Shown in pieces: positions 1-9,627 of a DNA stretch of 39,193 bases. Both the position numbers and the translations under genes were made by a program. The DNA is taken from the NCBI GenBank assembly GCA_019058295.1, contig JAHPZI010000016.1, positions 1 to 39,193 on the forward strand, given 5' to 3'. Source of the stretch: Promethearchaeota archaeon. Lineage in GTDB: Archaea > Asgardarchaeota > Lokiarchaeia > Sigyniarchaeales > SOKP01. Each line of letters begins with the position of its first letter. The first letter of the stretch is position 1. The notes below the pieces were generated by a model. It was not told where the DNA came from. It made no database searches and saw only the letters and a list, made by a program, of their open reading frames with translations.

Positions 1-94
1 ATTACACAAATTATGATTAAATCATCGAATCATCACTGAATTTGGTACCCAATCTTAATTTTTTCTTTAAATAATTTCAATATAGTCATGTTTC

Positions 95-787
95 ATGTGG
101 TTTGATTCGAAATATCGTATCAGACGGAAGACAGAAAGTTATCCCCGCCTAAAGAATGCGACAAAACCTTCACAGAACTTCAATACCATTATACCTATTT
201 CGAATCTTAAGAAAACCATGTCTCACGTTATTAACGGACTGAACGAGATCCCGTCTATCACTTACCCTGAAATGAAAAAAGTGATATTAGGCATTATTAA
301 AGATATATTAGAAGCCTTAAACTTTATCGGGTGGGTAAAAGTCCTTAATACCAAGCATAAATTTAAGTTCATTGCTCGCTTTTTTTCAAACTTAGAGTAT
401 TATCATGGAATTAAATGTGGTGTAGATAGAGATAAAGAAATGCCAGTAAAAATACAGGAATTACATTTTCCTTTAGAATTAGAGAAGGAACTCATAAAAT
501 ACAACAGAATACGGAATAAATGTATTCATCAAGAATATGAACTTAATCAAATGGAGAAAAAGGGAATTATAGAGTTATATTTCCAATTTTTAATCGCTTT
601 TTTTGAGAAAGAAATTAAGCCAATTATTGATTCAATGCGGAGAATTCAGAGAATTTCTCTTAAAGATTATTTCAATCTAGTTGCGGAGATCAAATTCTAC
701 ATACATACCTATTTCGAGAGCGGATTTCCTAATAATGTGAGGTATCGTCAGAGAATACTATTTATCTTGGATAAAATATGTCAATAA
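95..787 (+). CDS. Hypothetical protein with HEPN-like Rx4H motif
   Basis: 230-aa ORF; helical, contains RIRNKCIH (R-x4-H); true start may be downstream (ATG at 218). Confidence 0.5.
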   Translation: MWFDSKYRIRRKTESYPRLKNATKPSQNFNTIIPISNLKKTMSHVINGLNEIPSITYPEMKKVILGIIKDILEALNFIGWVKVLNTKHKFKFIARFFSNLEYYHGIKCGVDRDKEMPVKIQELHFPLELEKELIKYNRIRNKCIHQEYELNQMEKKGIIELYFQFLIAFFEKEIKPIIDSMRRIQRISLKDYFNLVAEIKFYIHTYFESGFPNNVRYRQRILFILDKICQ

Positions 788-813
788 CTCAATTGCAAGG
801 CTTTAATTTTGAA

Positions 814-1779
814 TTATTTTGAATTTCTATTTTTAAGCTCTTCGACTTCTTCTTGAAGTTTTTTTATTTTTTCTTCAAGTTTTTCTTTTTCTCCTTTGAG
901 GGATTCAAATACTTTAATACCAACAGGTATGGCAGCGATTAAAGCCATTTGTAAAATCCAACTATATTGCTCAAAAGCTATTTTTGAGTAATTATACATT
1001 ACAACTCCGTACAAAATTAAGATATATACAATTATTATATATAAAACTGCGGCGAAATGAAATTTTTCTTTATCAAAATAATTATTTATGAGAATATTAA
1101 AAATTAAAGTTGGGATTATAAATAAAAATAGGTAAAATACTAGGAGATCGAAAATACCATAAATTCGCCATGTACTTCCTCCTTTCAAACTTGAAATATA
1201 CTTACACGGATGACAGGCATATTTTTTAATCCAAATTTGTGGTCTATATGCATGAAAATAAATTAAAATCATTGTAAAACAGAAGAATCCTACCCTCATC
1301 CCGTATAGGATAAAAATTGATAATCTCGGTTTAAAATCTTTAGAATCTTTTATGAAATAGTATTCAAAATGATTAGCAATTATAAGAGCATTAGGTAATG
1401 CAAGAAATATGAGAAGCCATAAGTACGCAGAATTAAATTCAATAGAATTAAATCCAATATTGTAAATAATTATTAGAAGAAAAGCTATTATTAAAACTAG
1501 TATTACGTATTTTAATGATTTAATAACCTTTTTTAATGATTTAATAACCTTAATTATATTCTCTTTCTTTAAAAAAAAAATTCCATACACGAATAAAAAA
1601 TGAAATATGAATACAATAATAATTAATGAAATAAAGACAGGCAATAAAGAAGGTAATAAAACGCATGCAAACGGAAATAATAAGACGCCGATTATAAGAA
1701 AACTTAAGAAAAATCCACAGATATAAGGACTTTTAATTAGATCTTTAATTTCTTCCCAGAATGATTCATTTTCACTCAT
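814..1779 (-). CDS. Polytopic membrane protein with C-terminal coiled coil
   Basis: About 8 hydrophobic segments, ends EKEKLEEKIKKLQEEVEELKN. Confidence 0.7.
   Translation of the reverse strand: MSENESFWEEIKDLIKSPYICGFFLSFLIIGVLLFPFACVLLPSLLPVFISLIIIVFIFHFLFVYGIFFLKKENIIKVIKSLKKVIKSLKYVILVLIIAFLLIIIYNIGFNSIEFNSAYLWLLIFLALPNALIIANHFEYYFIKDSKDFKPRLSIFILYGMRVGFFCFTMILIYFHAYRPQIWIKKYACHPCKYISSLKGGSTWRIYGIFDLLVFYLFLFIIPTLIFNILINNYFDKEKFHFAAVLYIIIVYILILYGVVMYNYSKIAFEQYSWILQMALIAAIPVGIKVFESLKGEKEKLEEKIKKLQEEVEELKNRNSK
1510..1551. repeat. 21-bp in-frame tandem duplication (KVIKSLK x2)
   Basis: ttttaatgatttaataacctt occurs twice back to back. Confidence 0.9.
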
Positions 1780-2221
1780 ATTTCAAAACGAGTAATTGGA
1801 TTTTTAATCTATTTCAATTACTAAATTTCAATATCATCTTATTGAGATCTATAGATTTTATTATATAATAATGAATTTAAAATATATCATTTAATAGATT
1901 AATTCATTTAATTTGCCTAGAAGAGCATATTTTATATATACTCTATTGTAAGATGATTTTTTTTTCATCACATTTTTAGTGTTAATTATTCAAAGAAATT
2001 TCTCTTTTTGATCATTATTTTTTTAAATACGACTGAAATTGTATATATTGTTGGTATATTGTAATATTTCTTATAAAAGATCTTTGTATTGGGTACTGAA
2101 TTCGTCAATATTCGCTATTTATTTTCCTAAATCAGTAATTTTATATAAAATAAAATCTAATTTTTGTGATAGGAGATAAAAAAAAAAATTTTTCTGTTTA
2201 GTGACATAATCGAGCCTAAAA

Positions 2222-5200
2222 ATGGACAATATAGGAGCAGTATTGGTTGTAGGTGCGGGAATTGGGGGTTCTCAAGCTTCCTTAGACTTAGCTGATTCCG
2301 GATATAAAGTCTACTTACTTGAATCGACAACTAGTATTGGGGGAGTGATGGCGCAATTAGATAAAACATTCCCGACAAATGATTGTTCCATGTGTATTGT
2401 GTCTCCAAAATTAGTCGAGACTGGTCGCCATGAAAATATTGATTTGCATATTAATTGTGTAATTCAAGAAGTACAAGGCGAGGCAGGAAACTTTAAAGTT
2501 AAAATTTTAAAGAAGTCATTATTTATTGATCCCGATAGATGTACTGGATGCGGTCTATGTGGACGTAAATGCCCTGTTGAAGCTATTGATCATTTTAATG
2601 AAGGGCTATCCACATTTGCAGCAATTTCTGCAAAATATCCCCAAGCCGTACCTCTTGTCTATGCGATTGATAAAGATTATTGTATTGGTTGTGGAATATG
2701 TGAAGGGCTCTGTAAAGCTAAAGCTATACAATTTGATAGGGAAGATGAAATACTTGAAGTTAATGTAGGATCAATAATACTTGCTCCTGGGTTTGATGAA
2801 TATATTCCAGATGCTGCCAATCTCTATGGATATGGTAAATACAAAAATGTTGTAACAAGTATAGAATTTGAGCGAATCTTAAGCGCTAGTGGTCCTTTTG
2901 GCGGTAAAGTTCTACGACTTTCTGATGGATTAATACCTAAAAAAGTTGCGTTTATCCAATGTGTTGGGTCTCGTGATTGCACAGGGAATAGTCAACCATA
3001 TTGTTCATCAGTATGTTGTATGTATACAGCTAAACAGGCTGTAATTGCTCATGAGCATATGCATCAAATTAAACCAACCATTTTTAGTATGGATGTAAGA
3101 GCTTATGGAAAAGATTTTGACAAGTATATCTTAAGAGCTAAAAATGAATATGGTGTAAAATATATAAGAAGCCGTATTTCATCAATAACAGAAGTTCCTG
3201 AAACTAAAGATTTAAAGATTAGGTATGAAACTGAGGATGGACAAATCCTTGAAGACGATTTTCATATGGTGGTTCTTTCAGTTGGATTAAATCCACCCAA
3301 AGATTCCAAGGATCTTGGTGAAAAGTTTGGGATTGATTTAAATGAATATAATTTCGCAAAAACAGATATTTGGAATCCTGTACAGACTTCAAAACAAGGG
3401 ATATTCGTTTGTGGTGCCTTTCAATCTCCGAAAGATATTCCTGAAACTGTTACCCAGGCTAGCGCAGCAGCAGGTTGTGTAAATCAACTTTTATATAGTC
3501 AGCGAGATACTTTAATTAAAGAAAAAACTTTACCACCAGAAATATTCGTTACCGGGCAAGATCCTAGAATTGGAGTCTTTGTCTGTCATTGTGGATTTAA
3601 TATTGGTGGATTTGTTAATGTTCCAGAAGTTACTAGTTATGCGAGCACATTACCAAATGTGGTTATGGCAGATCACAACTTATATACATGCTCAGCTGAT
3701 ACTCAAATAAAGATTAAAGAGATAATTAAGGAATATAGCCTTAATCGAGTTGTTATTGCATCTTGCACTCCAAGAACTCACGAAAAATTATTTCAAGAAA
3801 CAATTAGAGAAGCAGGTTTAAATAGATACTTATTTCAAATGGCAAATATAAGAGATCAATGTTCTTGGGTACATATGAATCAACCTGAAGCTGCTACCCA
3901 AAAAGCTAAGGACCTTGTTAGAATGGCAGTAAATAGAGTAAGAAATAATTATCCTATTGAAAAACTCAAAATAAATGTTACACCAAAAACACTTATAATA
4001 GGTGGTGGAGTAACTGGTTTGGTCGCAGCGCTTAATTTTGCTAATCAAGAGTATGAGACCTATTTAGTTGAGAAAGAAGCTGAATTAGGTGGTTTTGCGC
4101 GTCATATTTATCATACGCTTGAAGGAGGAGATGTCCAAGCACAATTGAAAGATTTAATTGAAAAGGTTAAATCACATAAAAATATTCATGTGTATACTGA
4201 ATCAGAGATTGAAAATATTGATGGATATGTTGGAAATTTTAAAACCTTAGTAAATCACGGATCTAATAAAGAAAAAGTTGAATTGGATCATGGAGTTATA
4301 ATTGTAGCAACTGGTGCAAAAGAATACAAACCAAAAGAATACTTATTCGGAGAAAATGATAAGGTAATCTTACAATCCGAATTAGAAAAACAGATGGCAA
4401 CCACAGATAATCTTAAAGATAAAAAATCCATTGTAATGATTCAATGTGTAGGGTCAAGAAATGAAGAACATCCCTATTGCAGTAAAATATGTTGTGCTGA
4501 GGCAATTAAAAATGCTCTTTTAATTAAAGAAAAATATCCTTCATGTGAAGTTACAATTCTTTTCCGAGATATTAGAACTTATGGTTTCAAAGAAAAATAT
4601 TACAGAATGGCTCGTGAGAAAGGTGTAATATTTATTAGATATGATGAAAAATATAGACCAGAGATTAATCCAGAAGATTCTCAATTGAAAATTGAAGTTC
4701 TTACTCCAAGAAAAGATATTATCAATATTAATGCTGATTTAGTCGTATTAAGTGCTGGAATCGTAGCTTCTCATGAAGAGAATAAAAAGCTTGGAAAGCT
4801 GCTAAAGGTTCCATTAAATGATGATAATTTCTTTTTGGAAGCTCATGTTAAGCTTCGACCAGTCGATTTTGCAACTGAAGGTATATTTCTTGCTGGGCTA
4901 GCTCATTGTCCAAAGACAATTGAAGATTCAATTACTCAAGCTAATGCTGCCGTATCGAGAGCTTGTAAAATCCTCTCGAAAGAATTTCTTGAAGTTGATG
5001 GGTGTACAGCAGAAGTTGATGAAGAAAGTTGCGTAGGTTGTTGTGTCTGTGTCAAACTTTGTCCTTTTAATGCAATTTACAAGAATGAGTCAGGAACTAG
5101 TTCAGTCAACAAAGTGCTTTGCAAAGCTTGTGGCTTATGTGGAGCAAGTTGTCCTGAAAATGCAATAAAAATTCATCATTATACAAATGAACAAATATTA

Positions 5201-5245
5201 TCGATAGTTAATTCCTGTAATGAGGAAATATCAAATGGCGTTTGA
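2222..5245 (+). CDS. hdrA: Heterodisulfide reductase subunit A family FAD/Fe-S protein (long form with two FAD domains)
   Basis: GAGIGG and GGGVTG FAD motifs, LDKTFPTNDCSMC, IQCVGSR twice, YCSSVCC/YCSKICC, SCTPRTHE, EAHVKLRPVD, CxxCxxCxxxCP ferredoxin motifs. Confidence 0.95.
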   Translation: MDNIGAVLVVGAGIGGSQASLDLADSGYKVYLLESTTSIGGVMAQLDKTFPTNDCSMCIVSPKLVETGRHENIDLHINCVIQEVQGEAGNFKVKILKKSLFIDPDRCTGCGLCGRKCPVEAIDHFNEGLSTFAAISAKYPQAVPLVYAIDKDYCIGCGICEGLCKAKAIQFDREDEILEVNVGSIILAPGFDEYIPDAANLYGYGKYKNVVTSIEFERILSASGPFGGKVLRLSDGLIPKKVAFIQCVGSRDCTGNSQPYCSSVCCMYTAKQAVIAHEHMHQIKPTIFSMDVRAYGKDFDKYILRAKNEYGVKYIRSRISSITEVPETKDLKIRYETEDGQILEDDFHMVVLSVGLNPPKDSKDLGEKFGIDLNEYNFAKTDIWNPVQTSKQGIFVCGAFQSPKDIPETVTQASAAAGCVNQLLYSQRDTLIKEKTLPPEIFVTGQDPRIGVFVCHCGFNIGGFVNVPEVTSYASTLPNVVMADHNLYTCSADTQIKIKEIIKEYSLNRVVIASCTPRTHEKLFQETIREAGLNRYLFQMANIRDQCSWVHMNQPEAATQKAKDLVRMAVNRVRNNYPIEKLKINVTPKTLIIGGGVTGLVAALNFANQEYETYLVEKEAELGGFARHIYHTLEGGDVQAQLKDLIEKVKSHKNIHVYTESEIENIDGYVGNFKTLVNHGSNKEKVELDHGVIIVATGAKEYKPKEYLFGENDKVILQSELEKQMATTDNLKDKKSIVMIQCVGSRNEEHPYCSKICCAEAIKNALLIKEKYPSCEVTILFRDIRTYGFKEKYYRMAREKGVIFIRYDEKYRPEINPEDSQLKIEVLTPRKDIININADLVVLSAGIVASHEENKKLGKLLKVPLNDDNFFLEAHVKLRPVDFATEGIFLAGLAHCPKTIEDSITQANAAVSRACKILSKEFLEVDGCTAEVDEESCVGCCVCVKLCPFNAIYKNESGTSSVNKVLCKACGLCGASCPENAIKIHHYTNEQILSIVNSCNEEISNGV

Positions 5246-5999
5246 ACCGACTATATTAGGATTTTTATGTAATTGGTGCTCTTACGCTGGAGCAGATCTT
5301 GCTGGCGTAAGTAGAATCCAATATGCTCCGAATATCAGAATTGTTAGGATAATGTGTAGTGGGAGAGTCGATCCTATTTTCATTACTCAAGCATTTTTGA
5401 AAGGCGTTGATGGTATTATCGTTTTAGGATGTCATCTTGGCGATTGCCATTATATGGATGGAAATTATGAGGCAGAAATTAAGATGGCTGCCTTAATAAA
5501 ATTATTAAAGATGGCAGATTTTTCTGAACGATTTCGTTTGGATTGGGTATCTGCCTCGGAAGGATCTAAATTTGCTCAAATAATTAACGAATTTACAGAA
5601 CATATACGTAAGATAGGCCCTTCCCCATTCAGAAATGGAGCCCTTGAAAATGGCTTAGTTGATGAATTTAAAGCGATAACAAATTCATTATCTGATAATC
5701 GATTAAGAGCCTTAATTGCTAGGCAAAGAGCAATCACGACTAAAGGAAATGTATATAATGAAATAATACCTAAAGAGGAATTTGACGCTATTCTAAATAC
5801 TGCAATTTATGACGAGTTTATTCGTAATAAAATATTAGTAAAAATAAAAAATAAGGGCAAATCTGTACCCCAAATCTCAAAGGAGATTGATTTAGAACCG
5901 CATCTAATATTAAATCATATAGTAGAATTACGATCGAAAGGTTTAGTAGATGTTGAAAAAATTATGGAAACAGTTCCTTTATTCATCTCAACTAATTAA
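5235..5999 (+). CDS. mvhD: MvhD-type [2Fe-2S] hydrogenase iron-sulfur subunit with C-terminal extension (wHTH-like)
   Basis: FLCNWCSYAGAD, MCSGRVD, GCHLGDCHY, WVSASEG; ATG at 5235 overlaps the hdrA end. Confidence 0.9.
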   Translation: MAFEPTILGFLCNWCSYAGADLAGVSRIQYAPNIRIVRIMCSGRVDPIFITQAFLKGVDGIIVLGCHLGDCHYMDGNYEAEIKMAALIKLLKMADFSERFRLDWVSASEGSKFAQIINEFTEHIRKIGPSPFRNGALENGLVDEFKAITNSLSDNRLRALIARQRAITTKGNVYNEIIPKEEFDAILNTAIYDEFIRNKILVKIKNKGKSVPQISKEIDLEPHLILNHIVELRSKGLVDVEKIMETVPLFISTN

Positions 6000-6039
6000 T
6001 GACTGCTAACTTTTATCACTGATATTAATTAACTATTTC

Positions 6040-6213
6040 ATAAATAATAAGACTACGGGTTTACTTATCATTCCTGTAATTGGAAAGGAAGTAGGAGAAG
6101 AAGTCATCTTTTTAGGATAATCAATAGTAATTCCTGTAAAACAGGTTTAATGCGAAAGTTTTATTAATAGGCAAGGAAGAATTCCTGCTCCAATCCACTC
6201 TCAACGAAATTAA
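6040..6213 (+). pseudogene. 3' remnant of a UPF0210/DUF711 (PFL-like) gene
   Basis: Translates [55 protein letters not shown], matching the recalled family C-terminus (NNKTTAVRIIP...[17 protein letters not shown]); two internal stops, no 5' part. Confidence 0.75.
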
Positions 6214-6241
6214 ATAAAGAGCCAAAGATAATTATCTAATA

Positions 6242-7120
6242 ATGACTATGAAAATACCTAGTTTTGATTCAATAAGTCCAACTGCAAAGTATCTACTTTT
6301 GAATAAGGCATTAACAACCATTCCTTTTGCAAAAGAAGCAGCCGGAATAATATTTGGTGAGAACAGTATAAAATATGTACAGGAAAGATTAACTTCACTT
6401 GGTTCTATCTTGAGAATTCTTCATTTTGAAATGAGATATAGATCGGTTGATAATGCGCTGTCCAATATCGATATAAAAAATATCCTCGAATTTTCTTCAG
6501 GTTTTTCTTTTCGCGGATTAGATATATGCAAAGATCCCGGAGTTTGCTATATAGATACTGATCTCCCTCAAATAATAGAAAAGAAAAACATTATCATTCA
6601 GGAATTGAGCAAAAGGTTTTGTAATTATCCCATAGACAATTTATTTATGCGGGCATTGAATATTTTAGATGATAATGCTTTTACTAAGTTGATTTCCCTG
6701 TTTCCAGCCGGTCCAATTGCTATTGTAAATGAAGGATTTTTGATGTATCTTGATGAAGGGCAAAAACAAAAAATATGCAAAATCATCTATAATTTGTTAA
6801 GCATAAGAGGAGGTTATTGGATAACAGCAGACATCTATAGAAAGAAAAATAAAGAAGATCCTATCATTGAAGATTTTTTTGATGATCATGGAAAACAATT
6901 TCTCAAAGAACATCGTGTGGATGAAAATAGATTTGAGAGTTTTGAGGCATGGGAAGCTTTCTTTAAAAATTGTGGTTTTGAAATCTACAAGAAAATAGAA
7001 ACATCTAGCTCTCAAATAAGTTCGATAAAATTCTTAGCGAAAGTTCCAAGGGATAAATTAGAGGAAATAAAAAGAAGAAAAAGGATAAGAGAAACATGGA
7101 TATTAAAGATTAATGATTGA
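6242..7120 (+). CDS. Class I SAM-dependent methyltransferase (LCM-like)
   Basis: ISPTA, ILEFSSGFSFRG, YIDTDLP, NEGFLMYL, GGYWITAD. Confidence 0.8.
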   Translation: MTMKIPSFDSISPTAKYLLLNKALTTIPFAKEAAGIIFGENSIKYVQERLTSLGSILRILHFEMRYRSVDNALSNIDIKNILEFSSGFSFRGLDICKDPGVCYIDTDLPQIIEKKNIIIQELSKRFCNYPIDNLFMRALNILDDNAFTKLISLFPAGPIAIVNEGFLMYLDEGQKQKICKIIYNLLSIRGGYWITADIYRKKNKEDPIIEDFFDDHGKQFLKEHRVDENRFESFEAWEAFFKNCGFEIYKKIETSSSQISSIKFLAKVPRDKLEEIKRRKRIRETWILKIND

Positions 7121-7248
7121 TTGGGCGATTATAAATATTAAACTATCAAATTGAGTATATTTTCAAATCCAATTTACTACAAAATTTAAAAACCAATTAA
7201 AAAAACAATTAGCCTTCTAATAAGGATAAAGATATTGATCCGCTCGTC

Positions 7249-7283
7249 TTTGTGATAATCGTTCGGGCAGTAACTTCAGGCAT
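7249..7283 (-). repeat. 35-bp diverged copy of an internal segment of the gene at 15996-17183
   Basis: 32/35 identity to 16228-16262; both encode MPEVTARTIIT; all three differences are synonymous. Confidence 0.85.
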
Positions 7284-7415
7284 TTCTATTAATTAATTAT
7301 TTCATACTTTTTTAAATGGATAAAAAAATTAAAGAAATAATAATGCTATTTTTAAAATTTTTAAGAATTGCCTTTTAGGTTAAAGTAAATTTTTTTTTTT
7401 TCTTCCCCATTTTCA

Positions 7416-7616
7416 TTAAGTAGCCCTTTCTCTCCAATAAGTCCCACATTTGCCGCACTTATATTTCTTACCATAAACTTTCGGGTAATCCATTATAATC
7501 TGGGTTTTATCGGTTTCCTCGTGAATCATAAACTTATTCTCTTCCCCACAACTGGGACATTTTCTTCTTCCTTCAGGCTTATCAATAGTTAATATATCGT
7601 TCTTGTCTTCACTCAT
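7416..7616 (-). CDS. Small zinc-ribbon protein
   Basis: CPSCG...YKCGKCG. Confidence 0.85.
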   Translation of the reverse strand: MSEDKNDILTIDKPEGRRKCPSCGEENKFMIHEETDKTQIIMDYPKVYGKKYKCGKCGTYWRERAT

Positions 7617-7863
7617 TTTAACTTTTCAAACTCCAACAATTTTTTTCAATTTATTTATGAATTATTTTTATGATTTTATATTAGGTTAGGAAATTAAAAA
7701 CATTGTTACTTTTTGATTTTAATCATAATCATTTTTTAAAAAATTATCTTTTTTAACATCTTTTATAATGTATAATAGCCATAAGAGAAATAAAATATCA
7801 AATCAATATAGAATTAAAAAAATTATTATAGAAATGAATTATAATATTAAAAGGAGGATCAAA

Positions 7864-8157
7864 ATGACTCAAAATATTACAGCAAAATTATTATGTCCAG
7901 TATTAGGAGCTTTTATTGTTTTGTTAATAATATTTACGATATTAGGATTTAATCCTTTACTTTCATTTGGTATTTCTTTAGGTATTATTACTGTTGCAGG
8001 ATTTGCTATATATTTTTTTTTTGAGAAATATGAAGGCTCTAGGGGTGTTAAACATAGTGTTGGATCTGTTGAAACTAAAGATATGGTTTGCCCAGTTTGC
8101 AATATTAAAATTGAATCTGGTGTTCAAACTTGCCCTCAATGTGGAAGAAAAATTTAA
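7864..8157 (+). CDS. Two-TM membrane protein with C-terminal zinc ribbon
   Basis: AGGAGG RBS before ATG 7864; two hydrophobic helices; CPVC...CPQCG. Confidence 0.8.
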   Translation: MTQNITAKLLCPVLGAFIVLLIIFTILGFNPLLSFGISLGIITVAGFAIYFFFEKYEGSRGVKHSVGSVETKDMVCPVCNIKIESGVQTCPQCGRKI

Positions 8158-8190
8158 ATTTCTTTTTTTTAATTTAATTTCATAAGCAGA

Positions 8191-9444
8191 TTAGTCAATT
8201 TCAACATTTCTCCCAAGAGCCTTAAGTGCTTCATTTCTACTATTTTTTACTTCTGATTCATATGGATTTAATTTCAGAGATTGTTCGAATAAGTGTAATG
8301 CTTTTTTATATTTCCCTTTTTTACTAAGTCTTACCCCTTTAATATGTAATATTCGAGCCTTTTTTTCCTCCTTTGTATAAAGTTTATAAATTGAATTAGG
8401 GAAAATCAGACCTTTTCCTTTTTTTAAAGAGTATCCAGAAACATTTTCTTTAAGAGATTTGAAAAACTCATATTTAGATTGTCGTAAATTTTTGGGAATC
8501 GCATCCCATGTATTTTGCAGAACTTTTTGCTTTTGTTTTCTCCAAAGCGGAGCAGTTTTTAGAGATGTACGATGAAAATATATTTTTAGATCTTTAGCAA
8601 AATTATCAAATCCTATTTCTGCGATTCTCTCACTTAATAAATCTTTATTAGATATCAAATGATCTATTTTCCAATTATAATCAAGAACTTTTTTGCTAAG
8701 ATGCGCCAAAAAAGGTCCAAAATGATTTGATCGGGAATTAAAAACCTCCTCCGATTCATAATTCTCATGTCTAATAGGTATTAATTTTATTTTCCAAGTC
8801 GAGGTACTTAGCTTTGCTGATTGAGGATGAATTTTACTGAAAGCGTCCACATTATATACCCAGAAAGTTCCATCTGTTCGAGTAAGGTAAATAAATGATT
8901 TTGTAATTAAAACATGACCATCCCATTTTTCCCAATAATGTTTATTGCCTATAGAATAATGTCGTTTCATATGACAGATTGTACTATATAATATCTCATC
9001 AAATGGAGAAACTTTATCTTTAAGATAAGAAAAATCGATTGGAACATAAATATGCGGATTTTTAATCATTGCTTCATACCTAAGTTTCTTACAAATGGAA
9101 CCAAATCTTCTTGCTCTTATCTTAAAATCTTTATTTGATTCATATTTTTCATCATTTACGACTGAAAAACTGATATTTTTAAATTGAAACTTCCGTGATT
9201 TATAAGATGTTGCAGGCTCTGCAGGTATCTCCTCCCATTTAAGAAATTTAACTTTCTGTTCACCTTCGTCTTCATTGAAGGCAATCCCGGATGATGTTAA
9301 TAATACATGAGATCTAAATTGATGTTTTTCTTTTCCACTTTTTACTTCTATATCACATAAAGTACTATAAAAAATATCATCCCCTTCGGGAATATAGTTC
9401 GAAATATCACTATAATTTATATCTACATATATATTAGAAATAAT
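8191..9444 (-). CDS. Protein with tandem duplicated N-terminal domain (possibly PH-like) and C-terminal TPR
   Basis: Frame is open upstream of ATG 9069 to 9513; upstream part repeats the downstream domain (DDIFYSTLC/DEILYSTIC, HVLLT/HVLIT, YES..F..R...FG); TPR KGVRLSKKGKYKKALHLFEQSLKLNP; start uncertain (ATT/ATA). Confidence 0.7.
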   Translation of the reverse strand: MISNIYVDINYSDISNYIPEGDDIFYSTLCDIEVKSGKEKHQFRSHVLLTSSGIAFNEDEGEQKVKFLKWEEIPAEPATSYKSRKFQFKNISFSVVNDEKYESNKDFKIRARRFGSICKKLRYEAMIKNPHIYVPIDFSYLKDKVSPFDEILYSTICHMKRHYSIGNKHYWEKWDGHVLITKSFIYLTRTDGTFWVYNVDAFSKIHPQSAKLSTSTWKIKLIPIRHENYESEEVFNSRSNHFGPFLAHLSKKVLDYNWKIDHLISNKDLLSERIAEIGFDNFAKDLKIYFHRTSLKTAPLWRKQKQKVLQNTWDAIPKNLRQSKYEFFKSLKENVSGYSLKKGKGLIFPNSIYKLYTKEEKKARILHIKGVRLSKKGKYKKALHLFEQSLKLNPYESEVKNSRNEALKALGRNVEID

Positions 9445-9627
9445 TACTCGCCAATTTTTATCTTGTAAGATATCATTATATTCTAAACTATTTAAATCTA
9501 TTAAATAAATGCCCTAAATCATATTTTTTTTGGGAATACATGGATGAGAAACCTCTCTGGAAGTGCTGGAAATGCAATTATAGTCATTTAAAATATTTAC
9601 TTTAATATAGGGCTTTATATAAATTAA

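Noticed and set aside
2222-6040. Selenoprotein HdrA/MvhD with 3' SECIS, as known in Lokiarchaeota
   Set aside because: No in-frame TGA, all ligands are Cys; the ATGA...TGAT after mvhD lacks a proper SECIS stem
7249-7283. CRISPR spacer or DGR template repeat
   Set aside because: No flanking repeats or reverse transcriptase; mismatches are synonymous rather than adenine-specific
9540-9605. Mini-ORF MDEKPLWKCWKCNYSHLKYLL
   Set aside because: Only one CxxC half-site in 21 aa; possibly a zinc-ribbon remnant but unsupported
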